Positions 28,836 through 38,291 of a DNA stretch of 64,000 nt are shown here, piece after piece. The notes below the pieces were generated by a model that worked only from the letters and a program-made list of their open reading frames with translations, had not been told where the DNA came from and made no database searches. The DNA lies in IMG/VR virus record IMGVR_UViG_3300005805_000056, positions 29,637 through 93,636 of that record; one strand, given 5' to 3'. The position numbers were made by a program, and so were the translations under genes. Source of the DNA: a virus. The number at the start of each line of letters is the position of its first letter. Position 1 is the stretch's first letter.

Positions 28836-29667
28836 TCCCACTGACATAGACATCGTCATAGATGCCAGCAGCCTGTATGCTCGTGCATTTTTTGCTGCTC
28901 AACGCTCTGGAACTGACCCGGTGATTGCTGGGTTACGTTCATTCTTAGGTGTTATCAATCACACCAAAGCTACCAGAGCCATACTTTGCTGGGATGGAAA
29001 ATCCAAGTCAGAAAAGGTCCGCGAGGAAAAGCCTGAAGGCTATGATGACCACAGAGCCAGTTTCAAGGAGCATATCGATTGGCTTTGGGCTTGTCCTCAA
29101 ATTAGGTCCATGGATCATGAGGCTGATGACCTAGTCGCCTCAGTTGTCTACAGTGACTTAGTATCACAGGAGATCTATGTGGTCTCTGGTGATAAAGATC
29201 TTCAACAGCTGATGGACTGTCGCAAAGACAGAACAGTGGGTTACTATTGCCTGAACAAGAAGAAGATCCTTGACACAGATGAGGTAATTCAAAAGTGGTC
29301 AATCAAGAGGCCATCCCATATATCCATTGCTTTGGCCATTCTTGGAGATCCAGGTGATGGCATATCAGGCATCAAGGGTTGGGGTCCAGCCAAAGTGGCC
29401 AAGCTGTTTGAGTCTGTCTCAGAAAATGCCAGCTTTGAGGAAGCTGTGCTTACTATTGATGACCAGATTCCCGAGGCCCTGAAGCAAGTCTTCTATGACT
29501 GTTTAGAGGCAACCATTCTACACCAGGATGCAGTGCTGGAATCAGGCCCACAAAAACTAAATTGGCGTCATCCAAGCGAGTTAGACGACGCCAATCTGAA
29601 TGAGATACGGGAGCAGTATTCTACTGGATACTACAATGCTGCACCTGTCTCAATTGATGATATTTAG
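28825..29667 (+). CDS. 5'-3' exonuclease / RNase H (FEN/T4 Rnh family)
   Basis: IDASSL, WDG, HEADD, SGDKDLQQL, GDPGDGISGIKGWGP. Confidence 0.92.
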   Translation: MNCSPTDIDIVIDASSLYARAFFAAQRSGTDPVIAGLRSFLGVINHTKATRAILCWDGKSKSEKVREEKPEGYDDHRASFKEHIDWLWACPQIRSMDHEADDLVASVVYSDLVSQEIYVVSGDKDLQQLMDCRKDRTVGYYCLNKKKILDTDEVIQKWSIKRPSHISIALAILGDPGDGISGIKGWGPAKVAKLFESVSENASFEEAVLTIDDQIPEALKQVFYDCLEATILHQDAVLESGPQKLNWRHPSELDDANLNEIREQYSTGYYNAAPVSIDDI

Positions 29668-30101
29668 TCCTCATCCTCATTGGCCAAGACGGACTTGAGC
29701 ATCTGAAACCAACCGTTTGGATCACGCTTGCTGCTCTCAAGCTCTTCAGAAATCTGCTCCAGAATTCTGTTGTAGACGTCTTCGTTGTATTCCAGGTACT
29801 CGTCTAAGTCACTGCCCAAGTCATTAAGCAGTGCTTCAACCGTGTTACGGTCGGGCCGAAGGTGGTGATGACGCAGTCTCTTATTGGCCCACCTATCCAT
29901 CAGTTCATCAACATCCAGGTCCTCGCCAAGAGCATTTCCTGACAGGATTTTTCCTGCAAGGCTGTCTGGACCAACTTTGACTGGAGGTGGTGGCGTGCTC
30001 TTCGAGTGGCGCACGATGCCAAGCTTGTTGAGGTAGTCATCGGCACCGGCCTCACCCAGGAGGATGCTGACCAGCTTGTTGGCTCTATCTTGAGTCTTCA
30101 T
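29664..30101 (-). CDS. Acidic hypothetical (putative internal head) protein
   Basis: N-terminal LVSILLGE motif. Confidence 0.55.
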   Translation of the reverse strand: MKTQDRANKLVSILLGEAGADDYLNKLGIVRHSKSTPPPPVKVGPDSLAGKILSGNALGEDLDVDELMDRWANKRLRHHHLRPDRNTVEALLNDLGSDLDEYLEYNEDVYNRILEQISEELESSKRDPNGWFQMLKSVLANEDED

Positions 30102-30451
30102 AGTGACAGTAGTGGCAGAGGACCATACTGAGCACGGTTGAAGTAGCGTGACACAGCAAAGTCAATTGTTGAACCACTGCTCGCTGAAGCTGTCAGACGC
30201 ACCATAGCCAAGCTGGAGTTGATCTTGTAGGAGATGATCTGACTGCCACCAGCTGGGGTCAATGTGCCACTGGTATTGGCAATGTTAGCCCAGGTTACAC
30301 CATCAGAGGACTCCTGGAACTGGTAGTCGATGTTGTTGTCACCCGCATTCTTCAACGTAACGAAGAAGTTGATGGGGCTGGACTGGAGCACTCTCCACAT
30401 TTCAAGTGTGGATGACGTGACCTCGTTGGTGTCTTGGATGAAAGTATGCAT
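30098..30451 (-). CDS. Putative virion beta-sandwich protein, distant paralogue of the 14437 and 36069 genes
   Basis: VTLKNAGDNNIDYQFQESSDGVTWANI...TLTPAGG. Confidence 0.5.
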   Translation of the reverse strand: MHTFIQDTNEVTSSTLEMWRVLQSSPINFFVTLKNAGDNNIDYQFQESSDGVTWANIANTSGTLTPAGGSQIISYKINSSLAMVRLTASASSGSTIDFAVSRYFNRAQYGPLPLLSL

Positions 30452-30452
30452 G

Positions 30453-30878
30453 TTAATCTTCCTGTAGTTTTTTCAAAAGTGACTTTATCTTTGTTTCAGG
30501 GCACTCTGAAATGAGTTCATCGATCAGTTCTTGTCCACTCCGTGCACTCTCCCAGTCCTCCTCTGATCTAAGCACACGGCCACGAAGATACTTACTAACT
30601 CTGGAGTAAAATCCATAGTCACTGTCAATGTCATCTAAAAGAAATCGTTTAATTTCTTCCCTCACGTTCTCCAAAAGATTTTCAACCACCTGTATGGCTA
30701 AGCTCTCAGTTCTTGACTTTTTAGGTGGCTTGCCAGTGGGTTTCCATCCATGGTCAATGGCGTTAAGCAAACGCTTCTGACGCTCAGCTTTTGCTTTGGT
30801 AGTACTCTTGGCTTTAGTACCGCTTGGTGTTGACACACGGTACTTTCCTTTACCCACAGATTTAATTTTTACTGGCAT
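30453..30878 (-). CDS. Hypothetical protein, basic N-terminus and acidic C-terminus
   Basis: TAGTTA at 30895-30900 upstream; RTES and LLEN sites. Confidence 0.6.
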   Translation of the reverse strand: MPVKIKSVGKGKYRVSTPSGTKAKSTTKAKAERQKRLLNAIDHGWKPTGKPPKKSRTESLAIQVVENLLENVREEIKRFLLDDIDSDYGFYSRVSKYLRGRVLRSEEDWESARSGQELIDELISECPETKIKSLLKKLQED

Positions 30879-30905
30879 AAGATCTCGTTCGGTTTAACTA
30901 CAGAG

Positions 30906-31472
30906 TTAGAAGCGAAGACGCCAGACAAAAGTGGGAGCCAAGCTGGAATCCTTATTATAGCCCAGAATAACCTTTCTGGCCAAAAGAGTATTTCCACCAC
31001 CGCCACTAGACCCTGTGAATAGGCCTAATTCAGTGATAAGGTACGTGTTTGCTTCACTATAGGCTAGAGCCAGCTCTATGTCGACAATGAAAGGATACGG
31101 AAATGACGCCTTGGATATAGGCTTGTACTGGCTGTCAGGCGTACCGCTGGAATCTGAATCGTAGAAGGTCAGAGGAGATTCCAAAGCTACGTCTGTGACC
31201 TTGGGTGGGGTTGTGCCAGTTCCAATGCCAAACTGTGTGCACACATAGTTGACAATAGGACTACGAAAGCCAAAGGCGTAGGCCATCGTCTGGCGGCCCT
31301 CATCAGTGAACAGGTTGTGACCCAGAGGTATCTCGTGTTTCTGAATACCCCAACCAGATGGCTTTTTGGCCAGGGGCTTGATGAGACCCTTGTCAACAGC
31401 CTCCTGTGTGGATAATTCCCGTCCGTCTGGACGAGTCAATTTTGAAATGGTTACAAAACCCTGAGGTCTCAT
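30906..31472 (-). CDS. Baseplate/tail-collar fibre attachment protein (P2 gpH N-terminal-like)
   Basis: NLFTDEGR, GIGTG..P..TD..L, EAN...ITELGLF, LLARK, W.LRF. Confidence 0.7.
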   Translation of the reverse strand: MRPQGFVTISKLTRPDGRELSTQEAVDKGLIKPLAKKPSGWGIQKHEIPLGHNLFTDEGRQTMAYAFGFRSPIVNYVCTQFGIGTGTTPPKVTDVALESPLTFYDSDSSGTPDSQYKPISKASFPYPFIVDIELALAYSEANTYLITELGLFTGSSGGGGNTLLARKVILGYNKDSSLAPTFVWRLRF

Positions 31473-31486
31473 GCTCTTAAATACTT

Positions 31487-32083
31487 TTACGGGGTTGACA
31501 GATTTTCAACTTGGCTGATGACATTTTTGATCTCTTGAACTTTGGCTTGGCCCCTCTCTGAGAGGACAGCTGATGTGGTGTTCAAGATGTTCTTGCCATA
31601 CTCGTCAATAACAGTGGCATTTCTTTCAAGCGTGGCTGATATTTGTCCTGCAGCTTGACATGCCGCTTGGGCACATTGAAGATACTGGAGAACGCAGGCG
31701 TAATCCACGCCAGACTGAGCGATAAGTCTATCCAGTTGGTCAACTAGGCGCTGTAGTTGAAGAAATGGGTGCAGTCTTAGTCTAGCAATTAAAGCATTGT
31801 AGGCTTGGTTCAGATCTGACCTCAGCCTGTTGAGTCCTTCAGCTGCTGATGGGAGATCTAGAAATGGACATGATTGCCTGAGATTTTCGTAACTCTGTAC
31901 GTCAATTCTATCAATTGGAACAAGTTGATTTATGTCAGGTATCAGAGTGCGTGGATCAGATGCCTGCTCAATGAGCTGAGCTAACCGTCTAAGGCCATTG
32001 ACCTTGTTATTGAGAGTGTTCATCTTTGACACCATGCCACTTATGGCCGAGTCAATGATTTCACATCCATTGTAGTTTGCCAT
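31487..32083 (-). CDS. Hypothetical helical protein in the spike operon
   Basis: Coupled downstream of the spike gene. Confidence 0.6.
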   Translation of the reverse strand: MANYNGCEIIDSAISGMVSKMNTLNNKVNGLRRLAQLIEQASDPRTLIPDINQLVPIDRIDVQSYENLRQSCPFLDLPSAAEGLNRLRSDLNQAYNALIARLRLHPFLQLQRLVDQLDRLIAQSGVDYACVLQYLQCAQAACQAAGQISATLERNATVIDEYGKNILNTTSAVLSERGQAKVQEIKNVISQVENLSTP

Positions 32084-32084
32084 A

Positions 32085-32453
32085 TTACTTGTTGCTCTTG
32101 TTACAGAGTGTCAAAGCTATTGTAGCAGCTAAGGCATCAGCTGTTGTGAATGTCTGGTCAATCACCACGATTGGGCCTACTTTAACAATCAATCGTATTG
32201 CAGCTCTGGGTATGAGTGACAGTAGTTTCTCTATGATCTTCTGTAGTTGAGCCAGGGTTTTTGCAATGGCCCTCAGTGCCTCTGGTATGAGTGGAACTTT
32301 TAGCAGAGGCAGCTTGGGTGGAAATCCAAAAGAAATAGTGGGCAACGAAACTGTTGGCAATGGTAACGATATTACGATGGTAATCGTGTTCGATGCCTTG
32401 TCAACAGAGACTGATGATCTGGGCCAATTTAGACCGACTGAAGGTGTTGCCAT
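32085..32453 (-). CDS. Hypothetical Pro-rich protein in the spike operon
   Basis: Abuts the spike gene. Confidence 0.55.
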   Translation of the reverse strand: MATPSVGLNWPRSSVSVDKASNTITIVISLPLPTVSLPTISFGFPPKLPLLKVPLIPEALRAIAKTLAQLQKIIEKLLSLIPRAAIRLIVKVGPIVVIDQTFTTADALAATIALTLCNKSNK

Positions 32454-32454
32454 A

Positions 32455-33492
32455 CTATTGAGCTATTGTTGTGGTTGACCCTATCATTTCTGACGTTATT
32501 TGCACAATAGGTGGTCCAGTTGGAGATCCATCATTGCCATTTGAATGGGTATGGGAATTGAAAGCCAAAACGAGTAAATCGCTGAGTGTGACCGTACTTT
32601 TTGCGAGTGCGCCTAGTGCAATGTTTCCACCATTGATCAATATGTTTTGGGCTGACACCTGAACTCCAAGTTCACCCACAACAACGGATGATTGATCTGG
32701 CGTCGATACTGTAACAGTCGTGGGTGATAGACTTACATAGCATCCACTCCCAGTAGAAATCGCAATATTACCGTCGCCATCAAAGGCAAGAGTTGATCCA
32801 GCGGCATCTGCAAGAGTTACTGTGCCATCAATTATCGTGAACAAAGCTGCGCCGACAAAAAGAGAGTATCGTCCAACAAACTGAATGAGGTCCTCATCCA
32901 AAGAGATAGCCATGTCAGTGGCTTTGATTGAGAATCCTTTGGTTGTTTCAAAAAAGATCTGGTCCTCCGCACTTACCTGCAATGAGCTGATGATTGCTGT
33001 GATGTCCTGAACGCTAATCTGCAAGTCTTGGTTTGCTCTTAGCAGTATTCCATCGACTCCATCATCCAATAGTATAACGTTGCCTTTGGCCGTTGCAAGC
33101 AGAACAGACGTTTCATTCAACTCAACTGTGTGGCCAAACTTTGTAAGTGCTGCCCTGAATGGCCGTCCATTCTTGTCATACTGGTGAAGTGGAAACTTTT
33201 GGGCCTGTGGTCTACTTTGGGTTGCCCACTCCCACAGGGGCTTCTCTGGCTCCCCATCAAGAAAGGTCACCCACACCTGGTCACCCACATCTGGAATCCA
33301 GTCAATTCCACCAGACTTGGCTGATCCACCAGCTGGAAGTCCTCTTGACAGCGCCCATGGCAGTTGGCCAGTGGACACTTGGCTTGAGTTTCCATAGGCA
33401 ATAGGCACCCTTACCTTGAGCCTTCCAAGCTTTTCTGGGTCCCTGTTGTCTTCAACCACTCCGGTGTAGACTCCTGGATATTGTGCTTCCAT
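32455..33492 (-). CDS. Baseplate central spike (gp5/VgrG/gpV OB-fold plus beta-helix)
   Basis: GVVEDNRDPEKLGRLKVRVP, P.VGDQVWV.F..G.P..P, GHTVELN, apex HTH..G..TGPP. Confidence 0.9.
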   Translation of the reverse strand: MEAQYPGVYTGVVEDNRDPEKLGRLKVRVPIAYGNSSQVSTGQLPWALSRGLPAGGSAKSGGIDWIPDVGDQVWVTFLDGEPEKPLWEWATQSRPQAQKFPLHQYDKNGRPFRAALTKFGHTVELNETSVLLATAKGNVILLDDGVDGILLRANQDLQISVQDITAIISSLQVSAEDQIFFETTKGFSIKATDMAISLDEDLIQFVGRYSLFVGAALFTIIDGTVTLADAAGSTLAFDGDGNIAISTGSGCYVSLSPTTVTVSTPDQSSVVVGELGVQVSAQNILINGGNIALGALAKSTVTLSDLLVLAFNSHTHSNGNDGSPTGPPIVQITSEMIGSTTTIAQ

Positions 33493-34169
33493 TTAGTTAT
33501 AGTAGAATGCGTATAGTTTCCAAGAACATTTGGGGATCAGCTTCCACAGAGGGAATTGACCAACAGAGAGATGATCTTTGGTTCGTTGATTTCAAGGTTG
33601 TGGCAAATGACCTGAACTTTACACTGGACAACTCTTGGCTGTACGTCAAGTCTGTTAAGTTGCCCAATTTAGAGACCATAGCTGAAGCCTTTAAGCGTGA
33701 TTCACGCCCATATTACTTACCAGGCTATGACAAACCCATGGAGACTGTCGACATAACCTTTCTCTATCCCATACCACAGACAGGCCAAGAATACCCACCA
33801 ATCTATCACCTGCTCTATAAGTGGAGAGCCAGAGTTAGAGCTGGACGTGGTGCCATGTCTGGTGAAAGGGCTGAGTACATCTCTGAGGCCAACAACTATG
33901 GAGCCGCACTGCCTTTCAGGTGGGATCTTCCTTTGAGATTCTTACGTGGCAACAGACCCCAAGAAACTCCTACAACCTTTGACGCTTCTTCAACTGTCTC
34001 TGCTTTGTCGACATCATCAGCCCACATAATGAAAAATGCCTGGCTATCAAGCCTAGGCATTTCTGAAGTCGACACTAGTAGCCAAGCAAAAGGCGTCGAG
34101 ATCAGAACGTCATTCTACTGTGAAGACGTTTTACTCTCTACACCTGATGGCGTAAGGTACGATCCTTAA
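33483..34169 (+). CDS. Second tube-fold protein (gp54/gp19-like; likely start ATG 33507)
   Basis: NIWGS..GIDQQRDDL matches the tube's NTWGS..GIDQQRADL; LYKW; TAGTTA at 33494-99. Confidence 0.72.
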   Translation: MLPFSYSRMRIVSKNIWGSASTEGIDQQRDDLWFVDFKVVANDLNFTLDNSWLYVKSVKLPNLETIAEAFKRDSRPYYLPGYDKPMETVDITFLYPIPQTGQEYPPIYHLLYKWRARVRAGRGAMSGERAEYISEANNYGAALPFRWDLPLRFLRGNRPQETPTTFDASSTVSALSTSSAHIMKNAWLSSLGISEVDTSSQAKGVEIRTSFYCEDVLLSTPDGVRYDP

Positions 34170-34387
34170 CTAGGAATTGGTGTGTGACCCAACTTGTGTG
34201 GGGCCTCTTCCTTCTGTTTGGCCTCAGTTGACTTACGAAGTGTCTCTAGCACCCGAAGACTGTCAGAAAGAGACGGGCCAGAGGTACGAACCTTGGGCTT
34301 CTTCAATCCGCCAAGGCTTTCGGCAATTTGGATATGATCGTTGACGTTCTTCACATAGTATCTACACATGAATGGCCAGTCTCTCAT
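34166..34387 (-). CDS. Small hypothetical protein
   Basis: Fills the gap and shares a stop overlap with the convergent gene. Confidence 0.4.
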   Translation of the reverse strand: MRDWPFMCRYYVKNVNDHIQIAESLGGLKKPKVRTSGPSLSDSLRVLETLRKSTEAKQKEEAPHKLGHTPIPS

Positions 34388-35390
34388 ATCTGAGGTTCAT
34401 GCCATATTCTCAGTGGTTCCCGACAGATCCACTAGAGAGGAACTGATCATTCTATGTCCTGAGCCTAACTGTGGTGACAAGACAGGAAATAGATCAATCA
34501 ATGTCAAGTCAGGTAAGACAAACTGCTGGCGTTGCAATAAGGGTGGAGACTTTGTAAGATGGGCCAAATCTCTTGGTTACTCAATTGAAGACGGTGAAAC
34601 TCAAGCTGTTGGTCTTGATACCCTTGAGAGTCTTTCAGACGAGGTTGACAGAGTTGAGAAATCTTACGTCCCATCTCTCATCGATGTAAAACTTCCAAGA
34701 GGTTTCATTGCCTTGAGAGATGAGCCTGACTCCGCCTACTACCGTCTTATTGCTAAGATGGCAAAACGTAAGAATCTTTCCATCGAGATTTTTGCTGATG
34801 CTGGTGTGGGATTTACCAGAGATTCTGACTTCTGGGAACCCTATGCCATATTTCCAGTCTATGAATGGGACAGGGTTGTCTACTATCAGGGCCGTACATA
34901 CGTTGACATACCAGGTGAATCCACAAAGAAATTTCCTTCAAAGAATGAGCTAAAGTTTGGCTCATCATGCTGGGTTTACAACCTAGACGAGGCACGTGAG
35001 AAACGTGCTACAACGGTAGTGGTTGTTGAATCCATACTGAATGTCATGTCACTGCGACAAGAGTTTCAACGTCGTGGTATAAAGGATGTTGTGCCCATAG
35101 CAGTCTTCAAACATTCCATATCAGCTATGCAAGAGCGTAAGATTATGGCCATACGCTCAATTAAGGAGGTATGCATAATGTATGATGCTGATGCCACGCA
35201 ATCTGCATTCAAGGAGTCAAGGAAATTCATGAATAGGTGCAGATTTTCTGTGGCACACATACCACAAACGCCTGAAGGTAAAACTCAAGACGCAAATGAC
35301 AATGTGGAGTTTGCCGTGGACCAGTTTCTAAATCGCCAGTTCTATGACACAGCCGTCTCTCAACTAGAGATTGAACTACTTAAACTATGA
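34368..35390 (+). CDS. DNA primase (DnaG/gp61-like)
   Basis: CPEPNC...CWRC zinc finger, YYQGR, VVVES..N, TOPRIM YDAD. Confidence 0.87.
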   Translation: MNGQSLISEVHAIFSVVPDRSTREELIILCPEPNCGDKTGNRSINVKSGKTNCWRCNKGGDFVRWAKSLGYSIEDGETQAVGLDTLESLSDEVDRVEKSYVPSLIDVKLPRGFIALRDEPDSAYYRLIAKMAKRKNLSIEIFADAGVGFTRDSDFWEPYAIFPVYEWDRVVYYQGRTYVDIPGESTKKFPSKNELKFGSSCWVYNLDEAREKRATTVVVVESILNVMSLRQEFQRRGIKDVVPIAVFKHSISAMQERKIMAIRSIKEVCIMYDADATQSAFKESRKFMNRCRFSVAHIPQTPEGKTQDANDNVEFAVDQFLNRQFYDTAVSQLEIELLKL

Positions 35391-35962
35391 CCAAAATTCG
35401 ACCAATTGGCGAGCGCATTGCCATTGTCAACACTGAAGTGGCTTACGAGGGCAAGATTGCTTTGCCTGAGAGTGCTCACAAGACTCACGTCCACGGCAAG
35501 TGCATTGCAGTGGGATCCGGCAAATACCCTGATGGCACCACCAAGGAGATGTATGCCAAGGAAGGTGAGGTCTACCTCTACCAGATTGATGGCTCTCAGC
35601 AGGTCAATGCGACCTTCAAGGTTGACAACCAGCCTGTGCTTCTTTTGCATCAGGCCGACATGATTTGTCGTCTGAATGACAAGGTTGTAAGTTTTGACAC
35701 CATCGACATGATGGGTCACTGGCTGTTGGTTGAACCTTACTTCGAGAACAAGAGTGAGATCATCATCCCTGATTCGGCCAAGGAAACACAGCATGATCTA
35801 CACCACTTCAAGCTAGCCAAGAAAGGCCCACAAGCCGATATCAGAGCTAATGTAGGAGACGAGATTTTCCCTGCTCGTGGACGTCTTACACCTCTGAACC
35901 TGGATGGCAAGATCTATTGCTTCATCCAGGACAACTTCATTTATGGTCACTTGGAGTCGTGA
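35387..35962 (+). CDS. Tandem double-domain GroES-like co-chaperonin
   Basis: IRPIGERI..GKIALPESA..AVGSG, then a second copy MGHWLLVEP..IIIPDSAKE..VGD. Confidence 0.8.
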   Translation: MTKIRPIGERIAIVNTEVAYEGKIALPESAHKTHVHGKCIAVGSGKYPDGTTKEMYAKEGEVYLYQIDGSQQVNATFKVDNQPVLLLHQADMICRLNDKVVSFDTIDMMGHWLLVEPYFENKSEIIIPDSAKETQHDLHHFKLAKKGPQADIRANVGDEIFPARGRLTPLNLDGKIYCFIQDNFIYGHLES

Positions 35963-35980
35963 GTTTTACTCCAATAAGCA

Positions 35981-36017
35981 TTTTCACCGATCGGTGAAAA
36001 CTTCACTTTGAGTGAAG
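35981..36017. repeat. Perfect 20-bp palindrome plus adjacent inverted repeat
   Basis: TTTTCACCGATCGGTGAAAA followed by CTTCACT-TTG-AGTGAAG. Confidence 0.85.
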
Positions 36018-36019
36018 AC

Positions 36020-36052
36020 AAAAAAACGGCCCGCATTTCTGCGGGCCGTTTT
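36020..36052. terminator. Bidirectional intrinsic terminator
   Basis: AAAAAAACGGCCCGCA-TTTC-TGCGGGCCGTTTT. Confidence 0.9.
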
Positions 36053-36068
36053 GCTGTGTGGAAATGGC

Positions 36069-36578
36069 TTAGTAGCCACCGCCACCGGACACACCACCGT
36101 AGCCATCGCTCGGAGGCTGAGTGCCGTTTGGAGCATCTGGAGGATTGCCCCAGTATTGGCCGATGACCGGATCGTTGAAGATCGGATCGTAGCCCCAACC
36201 ACGCTTGCCAGCGTTGACGATGTCGACCTGAGCGCCGCGCAGATCGCCCTTGTTGCGGAATACGGTCGTTACGTTGGCCGTAACAGACTTAGCATTGCCG
36301 GAACTGTCAACACCAGAACCGAAGAAGCCGAACTTCTTAGCGAGGATGTTATAGCTCAGGGTCTTTACACCCTTAGGCTTGACTGTGACCGCCGAACCCA
36401 CGTTAGTGAAACCACTCGCAGTAAGCGTGGAGGCAACCTTAGCTTGGAACCACAGATCGTAATCTGAGGTATTCTCGATGATAAGATCGAGATTGCCAAG
36501 GCGCTCGTTAGCATACTGCAGGTAGCCATTGCACTTCGTGGCGTCCGTCCCGAAACTAACTTGACTGACTTGATTCAT
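36069..36578 (-). CDS. Probable abundant capsid decoration protein
   Basis: MCP-like codon bias, own terminator, A/C-rich leader, beta-sandwich pattern. Confidence 0.6.
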   Translation of the reverse strand: MNQVSQVSFGTDATKCNGYLQYANERLGNLDLIIENTSDYDLWFQAKVASTLTASGFTNVGSAVTVKPKGVKTLSYNILAKKFGFFGSGVDSSGNAKSVTANVTTVFRNKGDLRGAQVDIVNAGKRGWGYDPIFNDPVIGQYWGNPPDAPNGTQPPSDGYGGVSGGGGY

Positions 36579-36684
36579 GTTGTTTTGTGTTAAGGGTCCA
36601 CTCAGACCCGTTAATGTGCAGCTTAAGTGCTATATTTCGGAATACAGTCCTCCGAAACAATTCAAGATCAATCGTATAAACTAA

Positions 36685-37734
36685 TTAACCCATTAGTTCT
36701 TGGCCAAAGGCCAACAAATCCTCCTCCATGACTTGAATGCCTTTCTTGTCTGGAGGGTTATTTTTAACGTAGGCCTTCATAAGGCTCTCCACATCAAATG
36801 TCACGTCCTTTTGGACTGTTTCAACATTTGCTTGACCTGGAGCTGACTCAATATAATCATAGACTGGAATAGCTCTATGGGACAGTGGGTGCCCATAGAA
36901 TCTTTGAGCCTCTTCAAAAGATTTCAGCTTTACTTCAAATCGATCCTCTGACTCTTGTCTTACTGTGGCTTCGAACTGCTCCAAACTCTGCCGATGATAC
37001 TGCGGCATCTTAGTGTTTACCAGTTCAGCTTTACCAGTCTCTGTATCGAGAACCATAACATACTTGGTCTCATTCAGCTCACCAAAATCTTGCTGAAAGG
37101 GCGAACCAACGTAGAAATGATTGGGTTTGAACTGCTGGTGTTTGTGGATGTGGCCTAGGAAGGCAGCATCAACTTGTGGAATGTCATCAGCCACCAGCCC
37201 ATCTTGTAATGTCATGCCATGGGCCAAAGCGCCCTGGATTGAGAAGTGGCCAAGCAAGATAACCTTACGACGTGTGCCTGCAACTGTCCTGGCCTTCTGG
37301 ACAGTCTGAATGATGGTCTTCTTCAGTTCCTCCTCATTGTCAATGTATGAGACACAGGCAAATACGGCCTCACAGCCAAAGTCAATCACACCATGAGACT
37401 TTATCACAGTAAAGATACCATCATACATGACACCAGGGTGGACCTCTGTGCTTCTAAGCCACTGCTCATGGTTGCCCATGAGCTTGATGTTTCGACCTTT
37501 GAAAGCTGACAGTGGCGTCAGCACTGAGTGGATCGTGGGAATAGGAATGGCTTGACGATCATCCGTGGTGTCTCCAAGATCAATGAGGCCATCACACTTA
37601 TGCTTGTCATAGGTTTTCTTAAGAAACGCCATGAAGGTGTTGACACGCCACCTTTGAAGTGGCATGCTTGGGTCATTGAAACATCTCTCATGGCCATCAG
37701 CAGCCTGGAGATCACCATAGATGAGGAATCGCAT
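36685..37734 (-). CDS. SbcD/Mre11/gp47-like metallophosphoesterase nuclease
   Basis: GDLQ, LGDTTD, GNHE, GHF, GHIH, YVGSPFQQDFGE. Confidence 0.9.
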   Translation of the reverse strand: MRFLIYGDLQAADGHERCFNDPSMPLQRWRVNTFMAFLKKTYDKHKCDGLIDLGDTTDDRQAIPIPTIHSVLTPLSAFKGRNIKLMGNHEQWLRSTEVHPGVMYDGIFTVIKSHGVIDFGCEAVFACVSYIDNEEELKKTIIQTVQKARTVAGTRRKVILLGHFSIQGALAHGMTLQDGLVADDIPQVDAAFLGHIHKHQQFKPNHFYVGSPFQQDFGELNETKYVMVLDTETGKAELVNTKMPQYHRQSLEQFEATVRQESEDRFEVKLKSFEEAQRFYGHPLSHRAIPVYDYIESAPGQANVETVQKDVTFDVESLMKAYVKNNPPDKKGIQVMEEDLLAFGQELMG

Positions 37735-38291
37735 CAGATCAGGTCCAAAATGGCACTACGAATGGCCAAGCTATTGTCCTTGATAAATGGTCCCAGTGAT
37801 GGAGCCCATTGTAGATCAAGCAACTTGCCCAACTCAGTGTAGTGCACTTTTCGCATTTCAGGGTGCTTGTCTGGCTCCTTGTTGACCATGGTATCCAGAG
37901 TCTTCACAGGCAGAGCCATCACAGTGATCACCCAGTGCCAGTTGTCTACAACCGCGATATTTTCGTACACACCAATCATCTTGGCCTTGGTGTAGTCAGC
38001 TTCCAAGTTCAGTTCCTCTTGGAGTTCAACAGCAAACTGTTGGGCTAATGAAAAACCACACTCATGCAACCCAGATGGCAGTGACCAGCAGTTCTTAGCT
38101 GAGCGGACGTTTGGCCCACGATAGATCAAGGGGAAGTAACCCTCTGGATCAACTGCAAAGCCAGACACAGTTACATTGGGTACTGGCACGGCAGAATTAC
38201 CATCTGTGCGCCATTTCCAGTTAGCTTTGATAGGTTCAATCACAAACTCAAGAACTGTACTTAAGTCGTGACAATTGATCGAATACTTCAA
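37734..38291 (-). CDS. Nudix hydrolase (likely start GTG 38243)
   Basis: WSLPSGLHECG......ELQEELNL Nudix box; NKEPDKH; GTTCT at 38251-55. Confidence 0.82.
   Translation of the reverse strand: MKYSINCHDLSTVLEFVIEPIKANWKWRTDGNSAVPVPNVTVSGFAVDPEGYFPLIYRGPNVRSAKNCWSLPSGLHECGFSLAQQFAVELQEELNLEADYTKAKMIGVYENIAVVDNWHWVITVMALPVKTLDTMVNKEPDKHPEMRKVHYTELGKLLDLQWAPSLGPFIKDNSLAIRSAILDLI

Noticed and set aside
35947-36467. ORFs 35947-36198, 35984-36202 and 36012-36467
   Set aside because: They cross the terminator/palindrome or are antisense or off-frame to the biased 36069 gene
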